A model generated the notes under the pieces. That model was not told the DNA's origin. It saw only the letters and a program-made list of their open reading frames with translations, and did not search any database. Position numbers and translations under genes: made by a program. From Bacteroidota bacterium (GTDB lineage Bacteria; Bacteroidota; Bacteroidia; UBA8524): DNA of 64,000 nucleotides. Location of the stretch: the NCBI GenBank assembly GCA_006226545.1, contig SBGR01000010.1:22237-86236 (forward strand), read 5' to 3'. This document shows positions 1 through 10,403 of the stretch, one piece after another; within the stretch, counting starts at the first letter, position 1; the number at the start of each line of letters is the position of its first letter.

Positions 1-2477
1 TCCTCGGCATCGCTAAATTCTTTTACCAACACAAATTGTCTGCTGCTGGCAAATAGATCATCGATTGCATAACTCGTTCCCGCTTTTTGTTTCGCGTTGA
101 AGTCGCTGATTTTTGCTTTAACGTTATTCAGGTTCAACTTGCCTTTCACTGCAGGGAGGAGCAGCATGAAGTAATGTTTGGAGTTGGGGTTGAATTGGTA
201 ACTCTGTTTTTTGGCGGTACTGTCTGAACCGGAGCTCATCTTGTCTTCTGCCAATTTTTTCTTGTATGCGTTGAGCATGCGGGTAGCGGTCAAGGCTTCC
301 GGTGTGCTGGCATACGTGAGGGTAACATTTTCCAATTCTTTTATGCAGCGTTCAGTGGAGTCAATTTCACCGTAAACCACAGCCTCAAGCAATTCAAACT
401 TTGGCTGAAGGTAACTGCCAAAATACTGTTTGTCGTTTTGGGCTTTAAGACTCAAAACCTCTGCAAAGGCTTTTTGTTGGTGAGCAGAATAGGCTTTTTG
501 ATATAAAGCAGAAACAGCTTTATTCTCCGGATTCTCTTCTACTTGCTTCACTGAACTTTCGCTCAAATATTTAGCGTAGCTACTTTCCGGGTATTTGCTC
601 AATAACTCGGCTTTGCTTTTATCGGCTTGGGCAGCATCACCTAATTCGGTGGCTACCTTATAACTATAGTATAGAGCTTTCGGTTTTTGTTCGTGTTTAG
701 GGAAACGCGTGAGGTATTGATTGAGGTAGCTTTGGCTTTCCTGAAACTCTTTTAAGGCTTCGTAATAGATTTCGCCCACATTTAACATGGCCTCGGCAAT
801 GCGGTTTTGAGATGATGATTGTGCTTGAGCGCTGAAAGGAATGTCTTTGTAATACAAGGCTTTTTCTGGAGCGATGGAATCCGGTAACTCGTTTTCCTGA
901 CCTTTGTTGTCATCGCCTTTGGCGTTGTCTTGTCCGTTGCCATCGTCGCCTTTGTTCTCGCCGGTATTGATGGCTTGGCTTTCATCAGCAATGCTTTTGA
1001 ATTGCCAGTTGTCAACGTTTTTACGTCGGCCCCAGCGGTTTAAGAACTCGGTATATCCACGCGCTACGTTGGCTTGATCATCAAAGTAGAATCCGCCTCC
1101 TGCAATAACCGGAACAGTGGGTTGAAAAGGGTTACCCGGCATCATTGGATTACCGCGGTTGGCTTGTTGGCGTTTTAACTCTTCTTCTTGTTCCTTGCGA
1201 AGACGTTCTTGTTCTTTTTCGTTTTCGATGGCTTTGTCTACCAAGCGGTCAATTTCTTTCATCGGAAGCTTGGCCACCTTAAGCAGGCTGTCTTCTCTCT
1301 GAATTAATATTAGGTTTTTAATCAAGTCGGTAAGCACTTCTTGCTTAGCCTTGAGCTTATCGTAGTTTTCAAATTCCGGCTTCAGGTAATTCACCGCACT
1401 ATCGTAATACAATTGTGCTTGGTCGTATTTAGGTTGAGCGAAATAGATATCGGCTATCGCTAAATAACTTAGCGCCTTCTGATCGGCATTGCCTTTATTG
1501 TGGTTATTGCTCGCTTTGAAATCGGCTAATGCTTGCTCCGGATTGTTTTCCCGTTTTTCAATTACACCAAGTTCGTAGTAAATCTGATCGTAGAAGTTGA
1601 TGTTTTTATCGTCGCGCAACATGCTCTTGAGGTAGCGACGAGCAGCTCTTACTTCACCTTTGTCTTGCGGATTGTAGTTTCGAGCGAGGTTGACTTTGGC
1701 GTTAAAAGCCATTTCATACGGCGGAGCACCTTTGGTTACGGTTTTAAAATGTTCACGGGCTTTATCGCGAACTCCCAATTTATCGTATAGCTGTCCTAAG
1801 ATATAATGGTAGCGAGCCCTTTGCGCCGAACCTTTCGCACGGGCCAACGCTTTCTCCATGTTCTCTGCAGCCAATTTGTATTTGCCTTGGCGGATGTAAA
1901 CAGCGGCGGAAATTTCGCTCAAGAAAGGTTTAAGCTTCTCCGGGAACTTGCTGTCGTTGTTCATCAAGCCGATGATGGCTTCTGCTTCACCTGATTTATT
2001 AAGGAATACATAGGATTTGATAATCCAGAGCGTAGCCTCATACGAGATGGGAGTGCCTTTGTATTTGCTGTTGATGTACTGGAAATTTTCAATGGCCGCG
2101 AAGTAGTCGGCTTTAAAGAAATAGGCTTTACCCTGAAGCAACCAAGCATCGTCAACCCATTTACTCAGCGGACGGTCGGCAATGATTTTGGATGCCTTTT
2201 TAATGATCTCATCCATTTTGCCGCTTAAGCTTTTACGCGATTCTTCTGTGGCGTATGGGTAGACTTCCAGGATTTGTTTGTAATCGTCTTTGTGACTTTT
2301 CTCCAAGCCTTTCACGGCATCGTCTAAACGCTCGTTGCCATTGAAGTACACGTTGAATCGGGCTACCATATTCTGGTAGTTCCTATTCATAAAAGTATTG
2401 CGGTTTTTATCGCAGGCCACCAGGGAGGCGGTGATCAGGATCAAAGAAAAAATGCGAACGATCGGCTGGCGTAACAA
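1..2477 (-). CDS. porW: T9SS/gliding TPR lipoprotein PorW/SprE (3' end runs off the window)
   Basis: Not in the ORF track because it is truncated. Hand translation from TTG 2477 gives LLRQPIVRIFSLILITASLVAC-DKNRNTFMNRNYQNMVARFNVYFNG (lipobox plus the SprE-like RxNVYFNG motif). The same frame is still open near 780 (AEAMLNVGEIYYEAL, TPR-like). It is divergent from the M23-bactofilin-atp block. Confidence 0.8.
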   Translation of the reverse strand, partial: MLRQPIVRIFSLILITASLVACDKNRNTFMNRNYQNMVARFNVYFNGNERLDDAVKGLEKSHKDDYKQILEVYPYATEESRKSLSGKMDEIIKKASKIIADRPLSKWVDDAWLLQGKAYFFKADYFAAIENFQYINSKYKGTPISYEATLWIIKSYVFLNKSGEAEAIIGLMNNDSKFPEKLKPFLSEISAAVYIRQGKYKLAAENMEKALARAKGSAQRARYHYILGQLYDKLGVRDKAREHFKTVTKGAPPYEMAFNAKVNLARNYNPQDKGEVRAARRYLKSMLRDDKNINFYDQIYYELGVIEKRENNPEQALADFKASNNHNKGNADQKALSYLAIADIYFAQPKYDQAQLYYDSAVNYLKPEFENYDKLKAKQEVLTDLIKNLILIQREDSLLKVAKLPMKEIDRLVDKAIENEKEQERLRKEQEEELKRQQANRGNPMMPGNPFQPTVPVIAGGGFYFDDQANVARGYTEFLNRWGRRKNVDNWQFKSIADESQAINTGENKGDDGNGQDNAKGDDNKGQENELPDSIAPEKALYYKDIPFSAQAQSSSQNRIAEAMLNVGEIYYEALKEFQESQSYLNQYLTRFPKHEQKPKALYYSYKVATELGDAAQADKSKAELLSKYPESSYAKYLSESSVKQVEENPENKAVSALYQKAYSAHQQKAFAEVLSLKAQNDKQYFGSYLQPKFELLEAVVYGEIDSTERCIKELENVTLTYASTPEALTATRMLNAYKKKLAEDKMSSGSDSTAKKQSYQFNPNSKHYFMLLLPAVKGKLNLNNVKAKISDFNAKQKAGTSYAIDDLFASSRQFVLVKEFSDAE

Positions 2478-2498
2478 ACGGATTCCTATTTAATACAA

Positions 2499-2506
2499 TA
2501 ACTTTG
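2499..2506 (+). promoter_or_regulatory. Bacteroidota sigma70 -7 element (TAACTTTG) upstream of the M23 gene
   Basis: Exact TAnnTTTG match 46 nt before the ATG at 2553. Confidence 0.55.
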
Positions 2507-2552
2507 GAGCAGCGAAAATATTATATAATAAGCAATATCCCTTTATTATTCT

Positions 2553-3404
2553 ATGGAGAAGAAAAAACGCCTCATCAATCGACTAAGGAATAAGTACCGT
2601 CTGGTTATCATGAACGAGTCTACCTTGGAAGAGAAGGCTTCGCTTACCTTGAGCAAGCTGAACGTTTTTATCGTGGCCAGTAGTTTGGTGGTATTTTTTA
2701 CGGGAATGTTGATTGTTATTTTCGCTTATACCCCTTTAAAGGAATACATACCGGGCTGTGTGGATAGGGATCAAAGCAGGTTGTTAATTGATTTAGCGAT
2801 GAAAGCGGATTCTTTGGAATACGTGATTCACGCCAACGACCTTAAACTGCGCAACGATTTAAATATTCTGCGCGACAGACCGGATACCTCCAGTGCCGAT
2901 TTCAATTCATTGGACAGCGCATCGGCGGCCTCACAATTGGATCCGAGCGAAAGGGAATTGGCTCTGAGGGAAGAAGTGAAACCGGAAGAAGATTATGCGT
3001 TAAGAGGGAAATCGCGCAATGCGTCTCCGGCTCTAGCACCATTCTTTACGCCATTGGACGGTATGGTGTCCGCGAAGTTTGATCCCTTAATTGACCACTT
3101 AGCAACCGATATTGTTTCGAAATCGGATCAGACTGTTAGGGCGGTATTGGATGGTACCGTTGTTTTCTGCGACTGGACTTCTGAAACAGGTCACGTCATC
3201 GCTATACAGCACAGCAATAACCTGCTCTCCATCTACAAGCACAATTCGGTATTGTTAAAAAAAGTTGGTAATTTCGTTGATGCGGGTGAAGCCATCTCTA
3301 TTGTAGGGAATTCAGGCGAGTCGTCTACCGGACCTCATCTCCATTTTGAGCTATGGCATAATGGAACCGCTTTAAACGCAGAAGATTATATCGTTTTCAA
3401 GTAA
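2553..3404 (+). CDS. M23 family metallopeptidase, membrane-anchored
   Basis: N-terminal TM helix; HxxxD (HLATD) and HxH (GPHLHFE) zinc motifs. Confidence 0.9.
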   Translation: MEKKKRLINRLRNKYRLVIMNESTLEEKASLTLSKLNVFIVASSLVVFFTGMLIVIFAYTPLKEYIPGCVDRDQSRLLIDLAMKADSLEYVIHANDLKLRNDLNILRDRPDTSSADFNSLDSASAASQLDPSERELALREEVKPEEDYALRGKSRNASPALAPFFTPLDGMVSAKFDPLIDHLATDIVSKSDQTVRAVLDGTVVFCDWTSETGHVIAIQHSNNLLSIYKHNSVLLKKVGNFVDAGEAISIVGNSGESSTGPHLHFELWHNGTALNAEDYIVFK

Positions 3405-3410
3405 GGGGAC

Positions 3411-3845
3411 ATGTTCAACAACAAAGAATCAAAAGTGAAGAGCAAAGCAGCAGATATCAGCAGAGAAGAATTGAACCTGATAGGGGTAGGTACCACCATT
3501 ACCGGTGATATCAATAGTGGGGGAGACTTGCGCATTGATGGAACCGTAAGAGGAAATGTAAACTCCAAAGCCCGTTTGGTATTAGGTCCGAATGGCAAAA
3601 TTGAAGGCGATATTCAAGCTCAGAACGCTGATGTTCAAGGCAGCGTAAAAGGTAAAGTGATGGTGAGCGAAATCTTATTCTTAAAAGCTACCGCGCTTAT
3701 CAATGGCGATATCATCACCAATAAGTTGGTGGTTGAAAATGGTGCTGAGTTCAACGGTAACTGCGTGATGAAATCAGGTAGCCGTATTCTTGACGATGTT
3801 GCCAATGGATCAGGGAAAGCCAAGGCCCAAACGGCCAACGTATGA
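3411..3845 (+). CDS. Bactofilin (polymer-forming cytoskeletal protein)
   Basis: IGxGTxIxGDI...LRIDGxVxGxV...GDI repeats; typical M23-bactofilin pairing. Confidence 0.9.
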   Translation: MFNNKESKVKSKAADISREELNLIGVGTTITGDINSGGDLRIDGTVRGNVNSKARLVLGPNGKIEGDIQAQNADVQGSVKGKVMVSEILFLKATALINGDIITNKLVVENGAEFNGNCVMKSGSRILDDVANGSGKAKAQTANV

Positions 3846-4029
3846 TTTTTTAAAGATGTGGGGAATGACGCTTCCCCTCATTCTCACTACTGCCTTATTA
3901 GGTTTATTGGGTCATTGGGTCGACCAATGGCTTGAATTTGATTTTCCATTGTTCACTTTGCTTGGTATTTTTGCCGGCCTGGTTGGAGCAGTTTATCAGC
4001 TGTTGAAGACCTTGAACAAGAAGAAATAA
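3805..4029 (+). CDS. AtpZ/AtpI-family small membrane protein
   Basis: Two TM helices with a GxWxDxW motif, upstream of atpB. Start uncertain (ORF track uses 3790). Confidence 0.75.
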   Translation: MDQGKPRPKRPTYDFLKMWGMTLPLILTTALLGLLGHWVDQWLEFDFPLFTLLGIFAGLVGAVYQLLKTLNKKK

Positions 4030-4030
4030 C

Positions 4031-4414
4031 ATGACTTTCGGCAAATTTTCCTTACGCCTAGCGGCTTTCTCGCTGCTGGTAGCAGTACTGATTCAAGTGC
4101 TGTTGATGAAAACTACTTTATTGATTCCGGCCATTTGGGGAGCCTATGCTTTTTTTGTGGTGCTCACTTTGGTCTTATATTATATAAGTACGTTCTCTTT
4201 AAAGATGTCTGTAAAAAATTCCATGAGCATCATTTTTGGGGCCATGGGATTTAGGCTTTTTGCTAGTCTCATTTACATTGTAGCCTATACCTTATACACG
4301 GGTGAAAAAGACATTCCGTTCACCATTTCTTTCATGCTACTTTTTCTTTTGTTTCAGGTATTTGAAATTTACCACATAGTAGCTAACTTGCGCCCCGATT
4401 CAAAAAAGTCATAA
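4031..4414 (+). CDS. ATP synthase I-like 4-TM membrane protein
   Basis: Four hydrophobic segments, immediately upstream of atpB. Confidence 0.65.
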   Translation: MTFGKFSLRLAAFSLLVAVLIQVLLMKTTLLIPAIWGAYAFFVVLTLVLYYISTFSLKMSVKNSMSIIFGAMGFRLFASLIYIVAYTLYTGEKDIPFTISFMLLFLLFQVFEIYHIVANLRPDSKKS

Positions 4415-4418
4415 ATCG

Positions 4419-5594
4419 TTGATGAAGCACGTAAATACAGGCGTTAGAGGATTTTGGAGTGTGAAATTTTTCGCCTTTTTGCTCTCTTTTCTGACGTTCA
4501 CTTGGACTTTCGCAAGTGATCCGGGACATGATGCGCATGAAAATCATGGTACAACTGAGGTAGAAAATCACGTTGATAGCACGGCTGTTCATGGTGAAAA
4601 TGCTCATGGTGAAGAAGGACATGGTGAAGAGGCTTTTACAGCTGCTTCAATGGCCGGTACCATTTTGCATCACATCAGCGACGCACACGAATGGCATTTC
4701 TTTACTGTAGGTGGTACACATGTTACCTTGCCACTTCCGGTAATTCTTTATTCAGAACAATACGGTTTAGATATCTTCATGTCTAGCCAATTCCACCATA
4801 ACCACGGTGTTTATAAGCATTACAAGAATGATCATGAGCACATCCTTTTATTGGATGAGGAAGGTAATGTATTAGAAGGTGCAAGCGTAATGGATTTCTC
4901 TGTTACCAAAAACGTAGCTTCTATGTTAATTGCCTTTATCCTTATGGCTTGGATCTTCATTAGCATGGCGAATGCCTACAAGAAAAGACCAGGTCAAGCA
5001 CCTAAAGGATTGCAGTCGTTCATGGAACCATTGGTATTGTTTGTACGCGATGAGATTGCTCGTCCGAATTTAGGACACAACTACGCGCGTTTCATGCCTT
5101 ACTTGCTTACCTTATTCTTTTTTATCTGGATCAATAACATGCTTGGATTGCTTCCGGGAGCGGCTAACGTAACCGGTAACATTGCTGTTACAATGGTCTT
5201 GTCTTTAATCGCATTGGTTGTTACTAATATTAATGGTAATAAATCATACTGGGGTCACATTTTCTGGCCTCCGGGAATCCCAACTCCGGTTAAGTTTATC
5301 TTGATTCCGGTTGAGGTAATTTCCATCTTCACCAAGCCATTTGCCTTGATGATTCGTTTGTTCGCTAACATCACAGCGGGTCACATCATCATCATGAGTA
5401 TCTTGTGTTTGATTTTCTTGTTCTCTGACAATGGAAACAATGCAAGCGCAGGCTTCGGGGTATCTTTTGCTTCTGTACCATTCGCTATATTCCTTTACAC
5501 ATTGGAGTTACTGGTAGCGGCTATTCAGGCCTTTATCTTTACCATGTTAACTGCTTTGTTTATCGGGCAAGCAATGCCAGAAGATCATCATTAA
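4419..5594 (+). CDS. atpB: F0F1 ATP synthase subunit a
   Basis: FALMIRLFANITAGH and IQAFIFTML motifs; His-rich N-terminal extension. Confidence 0.97.
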   Translation: MMKHVNTGVRGFWSVKFFAFLLSFLTFTWTFASDPGHDAHENHGTTEVENHVDSTAVHGENAHGEEGHGEEAFTAASMAGTILHHISDAHEWHFFTVGGTHVTLPLPVILYSEQYGLDIFMSSQFHHNHGVYKHYKNDHEHILLLDEEGNVLEGASVMDFSVTKNVASMLIAFILMAWIFISMANAYKKRPGQAPKGLQSFMEPLVLFVRDEIARPNLGHNYARFMPYLLTLFFFIWINNMLGLLPGAANVTGNIAVTMVLSLIALVVTNINGNKSYWGHIFWPPGIPTPVKFILIPVEVISIFTKPFALMIRLFANITAGHIIIMSILCLIFLFSDNGNNASAGFGVSFASVPFAIFLYTLELLVAAIQAFIFTMLTALFIGQAMPEDHH

Positions 5595-5602
5595 TCAAAT
5601 AG

Positions 5603-5884
<282 letters not shown>

Positions 5885-5900
5885 TAAAGAAACCTTTACG

Positions 5901-5931
5901 GGTTGCTTTTCCTCTAAAGGGAAAAGCAACC
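5901..5931 (+). other. Intergenic stem-loop after atpE
   Basis: GGTTGCTTTTCC-N7-GGAAAAGCAACC, a perfect 12-bp stem with no immediate U-tract. Confidence 0.7.
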
Positions 5932-5962
5932 TGTATTTTGTCCAAAGTGTAAAAGAAAAGAA

Positions 5963-6457
5963 ATGGAGTTATTAACCCCGGGTTTAGGTCTTTTCTTCTG
6001 GACATTAGTGGTTTTCGTAGTGATTTTGCTCATTCTGCGCAAGTTTGCGTGGGGGCCAATCATGAAAGCCATTCATGACCGCGAAGAATCGATCGAAAAT
6101 GCGTTAAAAGCTGCTGAAACAGCCCGTGCCGAAATGGCTCAGCTGCAGAGCGGTATCGAGTCTGCCAAAAGAGAGGCAGCTGCGGAGAGAGATCGTATCC
6201 TAAAAGAAGCAAACGAGATCAAAAACTCCATCCTTGATCAAGCTAAGAAAGACGCACAGTCTGAAGGAGCGAAAATCTTGGAAGGTGCCCGTGAGTCGAT
6301 TAACAAAGAGAAAGCTGCTGCTATGGCTGAAGTAAAAGCACAGGTTGCCCTGTTGTCTTTGAGCATCGCTGAAAAAGTATTGGCTAAGAAATTTGAGAAT
6401 CAGGCTGAACAAGAGGCTTTGGTGAACGATTACCTGGAAAAAATTTCCTTGAACTAA
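5963..6457 (+). CDS. atpF: ATP synthase subunit b
   Basis: PGLGLFFW N-terminal TM, KFAWGPI, long coiled coil. Confidence 0.97.
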   Translation: MELLTPGLGLFFWTLVVFVVILLILRKFAWGPIMKAIHDREESIENALKAAETARAEMAQLQSGIESAKREAAAERDRILKEANEIKNSILDQAKKDAQSEGAKILEGARESINKEKAAAMAEVKAQVALLSLSIAEKVLAKKFENQAEQEALVNDYLEKISLN

Positions 6458-6458
6458 T

Positions 6459-6995
6459 ATGTCAGAAATCAGAATAGCGTCAAGGTATGCCAGCTCTTTG
6501 CTCGGATTAGCAGAAGAACAAGGTAAGTTGGATGCGGTGCAAAACGACATGCAACAATTCAAAAGTGCTTGCGAAGGCAGCAGAGAATTGGTGAACATGT
6601 TGAAGAGCCCTATCGTTACCCCTGCTTTGAAGAGACAGGTGTTGGATAAAACATTTGGTTCTTTTCAGGATCTGAGTAAACTGTTCTTGCAAACTGTGGT
6701 AAGAAAAGGCCGTGAGGCTTACCTTCCTATGATTGCTTCAGAATACCTGGCTCAATACAATGAAAAGAAAAACATTGCAAAGGCTGTGGTAACTACCGCT
6801 AATCCGATCAATGCGGATATGGTGGCTAAAATCAAGAAGGAGCTGGAAGTTAAAACAGGTAAAACCATTGAAATCGAAACCCAAGTGGATGCGTCCATTA
6901 TTGGCGGTTTGGTGGTTCGTATCAACGATAGCCTCTTCGACGCAAGCATTGCGAATTCATTGAAAAAAATCAAAAAAGAACTCGTTTTAAACTAA
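6459..6995 (+). CDS. atpH: ATP synthase subunit delta
   Basis: IASRYA; [13 protein letters not shown]...DAS. Confidence 0.96.
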   Translation: MSEIRIASRYASSLLGLAEEQGKLDAVQNDMQQFKSACEGSRELVNMLKSPIVTPALKRQVLDKTFGSFQDLSKLFLQTVVRKGREAYLPMIASEYLAQYNEKKNIAKAVVTTANPINADMVAKIKKELEVKTGKTIEIETQVDASIIGGLVVRINDSLFDASIANSLKKIKKELVLN

Positions 6996-7003
6996 AAAAA
7001 AGT

Positions 7004-8581
7004 ATGGCGAACATTAGACCTGACGAGGTTTCAGCGATCATCCGCGAGCAGCTGGCCAACCTGAAGTCGGAAGCCGAACTAGAAGAAGTGGGTACAGTAC
7101 TCCAAGTGGGTGACGGTATCGCTCGTATCTACGGATTGACGAAAGTACAATCTGGAGAATTGATTGAATTTGAAAACGGTACTGAAGGTATCGCCCTTAA
7201 CTTGGAAGAAGACAATGTAGGTGCGGTATTGTTAGGTAAGTCTGAAGACATTAAAGAAGGTGATACCGTTAAACGTACTCGTCGTATTGCTTCCCTCAAA
7301 GTAGGTGAAGGTATGTTGGGTCGCGTTGTAAATACAATGGGTCAGCCTATCGACGGTGACGGCCCTATTAGCGGTGATTTATACGAAATGCCAATCGAAA
7401 GAAAGGCACCGGGTGTAATTTACCGTGAGCCGGTTAAAGAACCGTTGCAAACAGGTATCAAAGCGATTGACGCCATGATTCCAGTTGGTCGTGGTCAGCG
7501 TGAGTTGATCATTGGCGACCGTCAGACTGGTAAAACAGCTATCGCGATTGACACCATCATCAACCAAAAAGAATTTTACGATAAAGGACAACCCGTATAC
7601 TGTATCTACGTAGCCGTAGGCCAAAAAGGTTCTACTGTTGCTCAGGTGGTTAAATCCCTGAAAGATGCTGGTGCTATGGATTATACCGTTGTTGTTGCCG
7701 CTACGGCTGCCGACCCTGCTCCACAGCAGTTCTACGCTCCAATGGCCGGTGCTGCAATTGGTGAGTTCTTCCGTGATACCGGTCGCCCGGCTTTGATTAT
7801 CTACGACGATTTGTCTAAGCAGGCTGTGGCTTACCGTGAGGTATCCTTGTTGCTTCGTCGTCCACCAGGACGTGAGGCTTACCCGGGTGACGTATTCTAC
7901 TTGCATAGCCGCTTGTTAGAACGTGCCGCTAAGGTTAACTCTTCTGACGCAATTGCTCAGCAGATGAACGATTTGCCGGAATCTATCCGTCCGTTGGTAA
8001 AAGGTGGTGGTTCATTAACCGCTCTTCCTATTATCGAGACCCAAGCCGGTGACGTATCTGCTTATATCCCAACCAACGTAATTTCCATTACCGATGGTCA
8101 GATCTTCCTCGAGTCTAACTTGTTTAACTCAGGTGTTCGTCCGGCCATTAACGTAGGTATCTCGGTATCACGTGTGGGTGGTAACGCTCAGATTAAATCC
8201 ATGAAGAAAGTAGCAGGTACCTTGAAGCTTGACCAAGCTCAGTACCGCGAGCTTGAGGCCTTTGCCAAATTCGGTTCTGACCTCGATGCAGCTACTAAAT
8301 CTGTATTGGAAAAAGGTGCCCGTAACGTGGAAATCTTGAAGCAGGCCCAGTATTCACCTGCATCAGTAGAAAACCAGGTTGCTATCATTTACCTTGGAAC
8401 AAAAGGTTTATTGAACAAAGTTCCGGTGAAAAAAGTGAAAGAATTCGAAAATGAATTCATCCAGTTCTTGCAAAGCAAACACAAAGATGTGTTGGCTCAG
8501 CTTGCAGCAGGTAAAATCGATGACAGCATCACTGCTACACTAGAGGAAGTGGCTAAAGACCTCACAGCAAAATACAACTAA
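7004..8581 (+). CDS. atpA: ATP synthase subunit alpha
   Basis: GDRQTGKT Walker A; [22 protein letters not shown]. Confidence 0.99.
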   Translation: MANIRPDEVSAIIREQLANLKSEAELEEVGTVLQVGDGIARIYGLTKVQSGELIEFENGTEGIALNLEEDNVGAVLLGKSEDIKEGDTVKRTRRIASLKVGEGMLGRVVNTMGQPIDGDGPISGDLYEMPIERKAPGVIYREPVKEPLQTGIKAIDAMIPVGRGQRELIIGDRQTGKTAIAIDTIINQKEFYDKGQPVYCIYVAVGQKGSTVAQVVKSLKDAGAMDYTVVVAATAADPAPQQFYAPMAGAAIGEFFRDTGRPALIIYDDLSKQAVAYREVSLLLRRPPGREAYPGDVFYLHSRLLERAAKVNSSDAIAQQMNDLPESIRPLVKGGGSLTALPIIETQAGDVSAYIPTNVISITDGQIFLESNLFNSGVRPAINVGISVSRVGGNAQIKSMKKVAGTLKLDQAQYRELEAFAKFGSDLDAATKSVLEKGARNVEILKQAQYSPASVENQVAIIYLGTKGLLNKVPVKKVKEFENEFIQFLQSKHKDVLAQLAAGKIDDSITATLEEVAKDLTAKYN

Positions 8582-8587
8582 ACATCA

Positions 8588-8605
8588 CGGGGCCTTAGGG
8601 CCCCG
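8588..8605 (+). other. Intergenic GC hairpin between atpA and atpG
   Basis: CGGGGCC-TTAG-GGCCCCG. Confidence 0.6.
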
Positions 8606-8623
8606 ATAATTGTTGAATAAAGA

Positions 8624-9505
8624 ATGTCAAACTTAAAGGAAACAAGATCCCGGATCACCACGGTTAGCTCTACCCAGCAAATCACCAAGGCCATGAAATT
8701 GGTTTCGGCGACGAAGTTGCGTAAAGCGCAGATGGCTATCACGCAGATGCGTCCGTATGCTGAGAAGCTTCAAAGCATCCTGGGGAATCTTTCCGGAAGT
8801 ATTGAAGATGCTTCTCTAGCGAAATATTTCGAAGAGAGAGAAGTAAACAAGGTATTGTTGGTTGTGATGACATCAGACCGCGGACTTTGTGGTGCCTTCA
8901 ACTCGAACATTGTGAAACGAGTGAAACACCTTCTCAATACCAAATACGCTCATTTGCCAAAAGAGAATGTAACTCTTCTCTTCAACGGTAAAAAGGGCGG
9001 TGATTTACTCGCTAAATTAGGTTACCCTGCAATTATGGATAACCGTGAAATCTTCCAACACTTGGAAGCGGATAACGTGTTCGCTTTCGCTCAAAGTTTA
9101 TTGGATCGTTTCACTGAAAGAGAGTTTGATCGTGTAGAATTGGTATACAACCAATTTAAAAATGCGGCTACTCAAATCATCACCAACGAGCAATTCCTTC
9201 CGGTAGATATTCAAGCTTACGCTACTGAAGATAGCAGCGCTAACAACGATTACATCTTCGAACCATCGAAAGTGGAAATCTTGGAAGAATTGGTGCCACG
9301 TAGCTTGAAGACTCAGGTCTACAAAGCCCTGCTTGATTCATTTGCTTCTGAACACGGTGCCCGAATGGTAGCGATGGACAAGGCAACTGAAAATGCCGGC
9401 GACCTGATGAAAGCCCTCAGACTGGCTTATAACCAAGCACGTCAGGCGGCTATTACAACAGAACTTTCTGAAATCGTGGGCGGTGCAGCTGCCTTGAACG
9501 GTTAA
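8624..9505 (+). CDS. atpG: ATP synthase subunit gamma
   Basis: QITKAMKLVS; SDRGLCGAFN; ARQAAITTELSEIVGG. Confidence 0.99.
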   Translation: MSNLKETRSRITTVSSTQQITKAMKLVSATKLRKAQMAITQMRPYAEKLQSILGNLSGSIEDASLAKYFEEREVNKVLLVVMTSDRGLCGAFNSNIVKRVKHLLNTKYAHLPKENVTLLFNGKKGGDLLAKLGYPAIMDNREIFQHLEADNVFAFAQSLLDRFTEREFDRVELVYNQFKNAATQIITNEQFLPVDIQAYATEDSSANNDYIFEPSKVEILEELVPRSLKTQVYKALLDSFASEHGARMVAMDKATENAGDLMKALRLAYNQARQAAITTELSEIVGGAAALNG

Positions 9506-9529
9506 GAAATATATCTTTTGCCAAAATAG

Positions 9530-9555
9530 AAAACCCTCCATTAGGAGGGTTTTTT
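9530..9555. terminator. Bidirectional intrinsic terminator between atpG and the DUF2202 gene
   Basis: AAAACCCTCC-ATTA-GGAGGGTTTTTT. Confidence 0.9.
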
Positions 9556-9581
9556 CATTTATAGAGATTTTGGTTTAAAGC

Positions 9582-10205
9582 TTATTTACCGCATTCTTCT
9601 TTTAAGCTATTGATGATGCTGTCAAATTTCTCCTGGGAGATATACTGTGGAGTATAGGTGCTTCCCTGGTTTTTAATTTGACTGTTGAAGGCGCGGATAT
9701 GGTTTCTAGAACCGCAGTTTAAATCAGTATAGACTTTCACTAAATCCGGATTGGTGGTTTTGGTAAGTAATCCGTCAATGTCATTGATGTCCATGTCTTC
9801 TATTGTAGCTCCTACTATTAGTGCATCCAATTCAGATAAGGCTGTTTTCTGAGCAAGGGTATAGTATAGGTCTTGCAATGTTGCGTTGCTAAATTTGCCT
9901 TCTTCTGCCAAAGCAGGATCAGCAATACCGTATTTATCCATTAAGGTTTTAATGCGCTCAAAATGGGTTTGTTCACTACCGCTAATATGTTCAAAAATCA
10001 TTAAGTCGTACTTAGACTTTGCCAGTAAATAAACATCACGAGCCAGTTTCTCTTCCTCTCTCAAAAATTTGAGATTGGCAATTTCTTCTGCGCTAAGTGT
10101 ATAGACAGGAGCGGTAGGGGTTTCTGTTTTGCTGCAGCCGGTACATGAAATCATGCAAGTGCCCACTCCGAAAAACAGAACGCTTAAAATCAGTAGCTTT
10201 TTCAT
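9582..10205 (-). CDS. DUF2202 ferritin-like exported protein (probable lipoprotein)
   Basis: REEEKLARDVY, SEQTH, IEDMDI and GSRNH di-metal-type motifs; signal peptide with Cys residues from MKKLL. Confidence 0.85.
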   Translation of the reverse strand: MKKLLILSVLFFGVGTCMISCTGCSKTETPTAPVYTLSAEEIANLKFLREEEKLARDVYLLAKSKYDLMIFEHISGSEQTHFERIKTLMDKYGIADPALAEEGKFSNATLQDLYYTLAQKTALSELDALIVGATIEDMDINDIDGLLTKTTNPDLVKVYTDLNCGSRNHIRAFNSQIKNQGSTYTPQYISQEKFDSIINSLKEECGK

Positions 10206-10281
10206 AACAGTAGTATTTAGGTTGGTGTTCAATTCCTTCTGGAATCCACTACTAAGTTCTTTATAAACCAGCTGAGAATAC

Positions 10282-10296
10282 GTGACTTAGGTTACA
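10282..10296. promoter_or_regulatory. Palindromic operator-like site upstream of the DUF2202 gene
   Basis: Minus strand reads TGTAAC-CTAA-GTCAC, a near-perfect GTAAC-N4-GTTAC dyad. Confidence 0.4.
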
Positions 10297-10337
10297 TGAG
10301 CTTGAGGTTTGTGCTTGGGGATTTAGAATTGAGGTTT

Positions 10338-10363
10338 GTAGAGGCGACGCATGCGTCGCCTCT
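10338..10363. repeat. REP-like palindrome (GTAG type), copy 1
   Basis: GTAG followed by the perfect 24-bp palindrome AGAGGCGACGCATGCGTCGCCTCT (10340-10363). Confidence 0.7.
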
Positions 10364-10403
10364 TTTGAAGGTTAGTCTAATGTAGTTTGTCTATGGCAAA
10401 CAT

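Noticed and set aside
782-2155. Short ORF-track calls (782-1015, 1533-1790, 1806-1994, 1964-2155)
   Set aside because: Off-frame or antisense shadows of the long porW/sprE frame that runs off the window.
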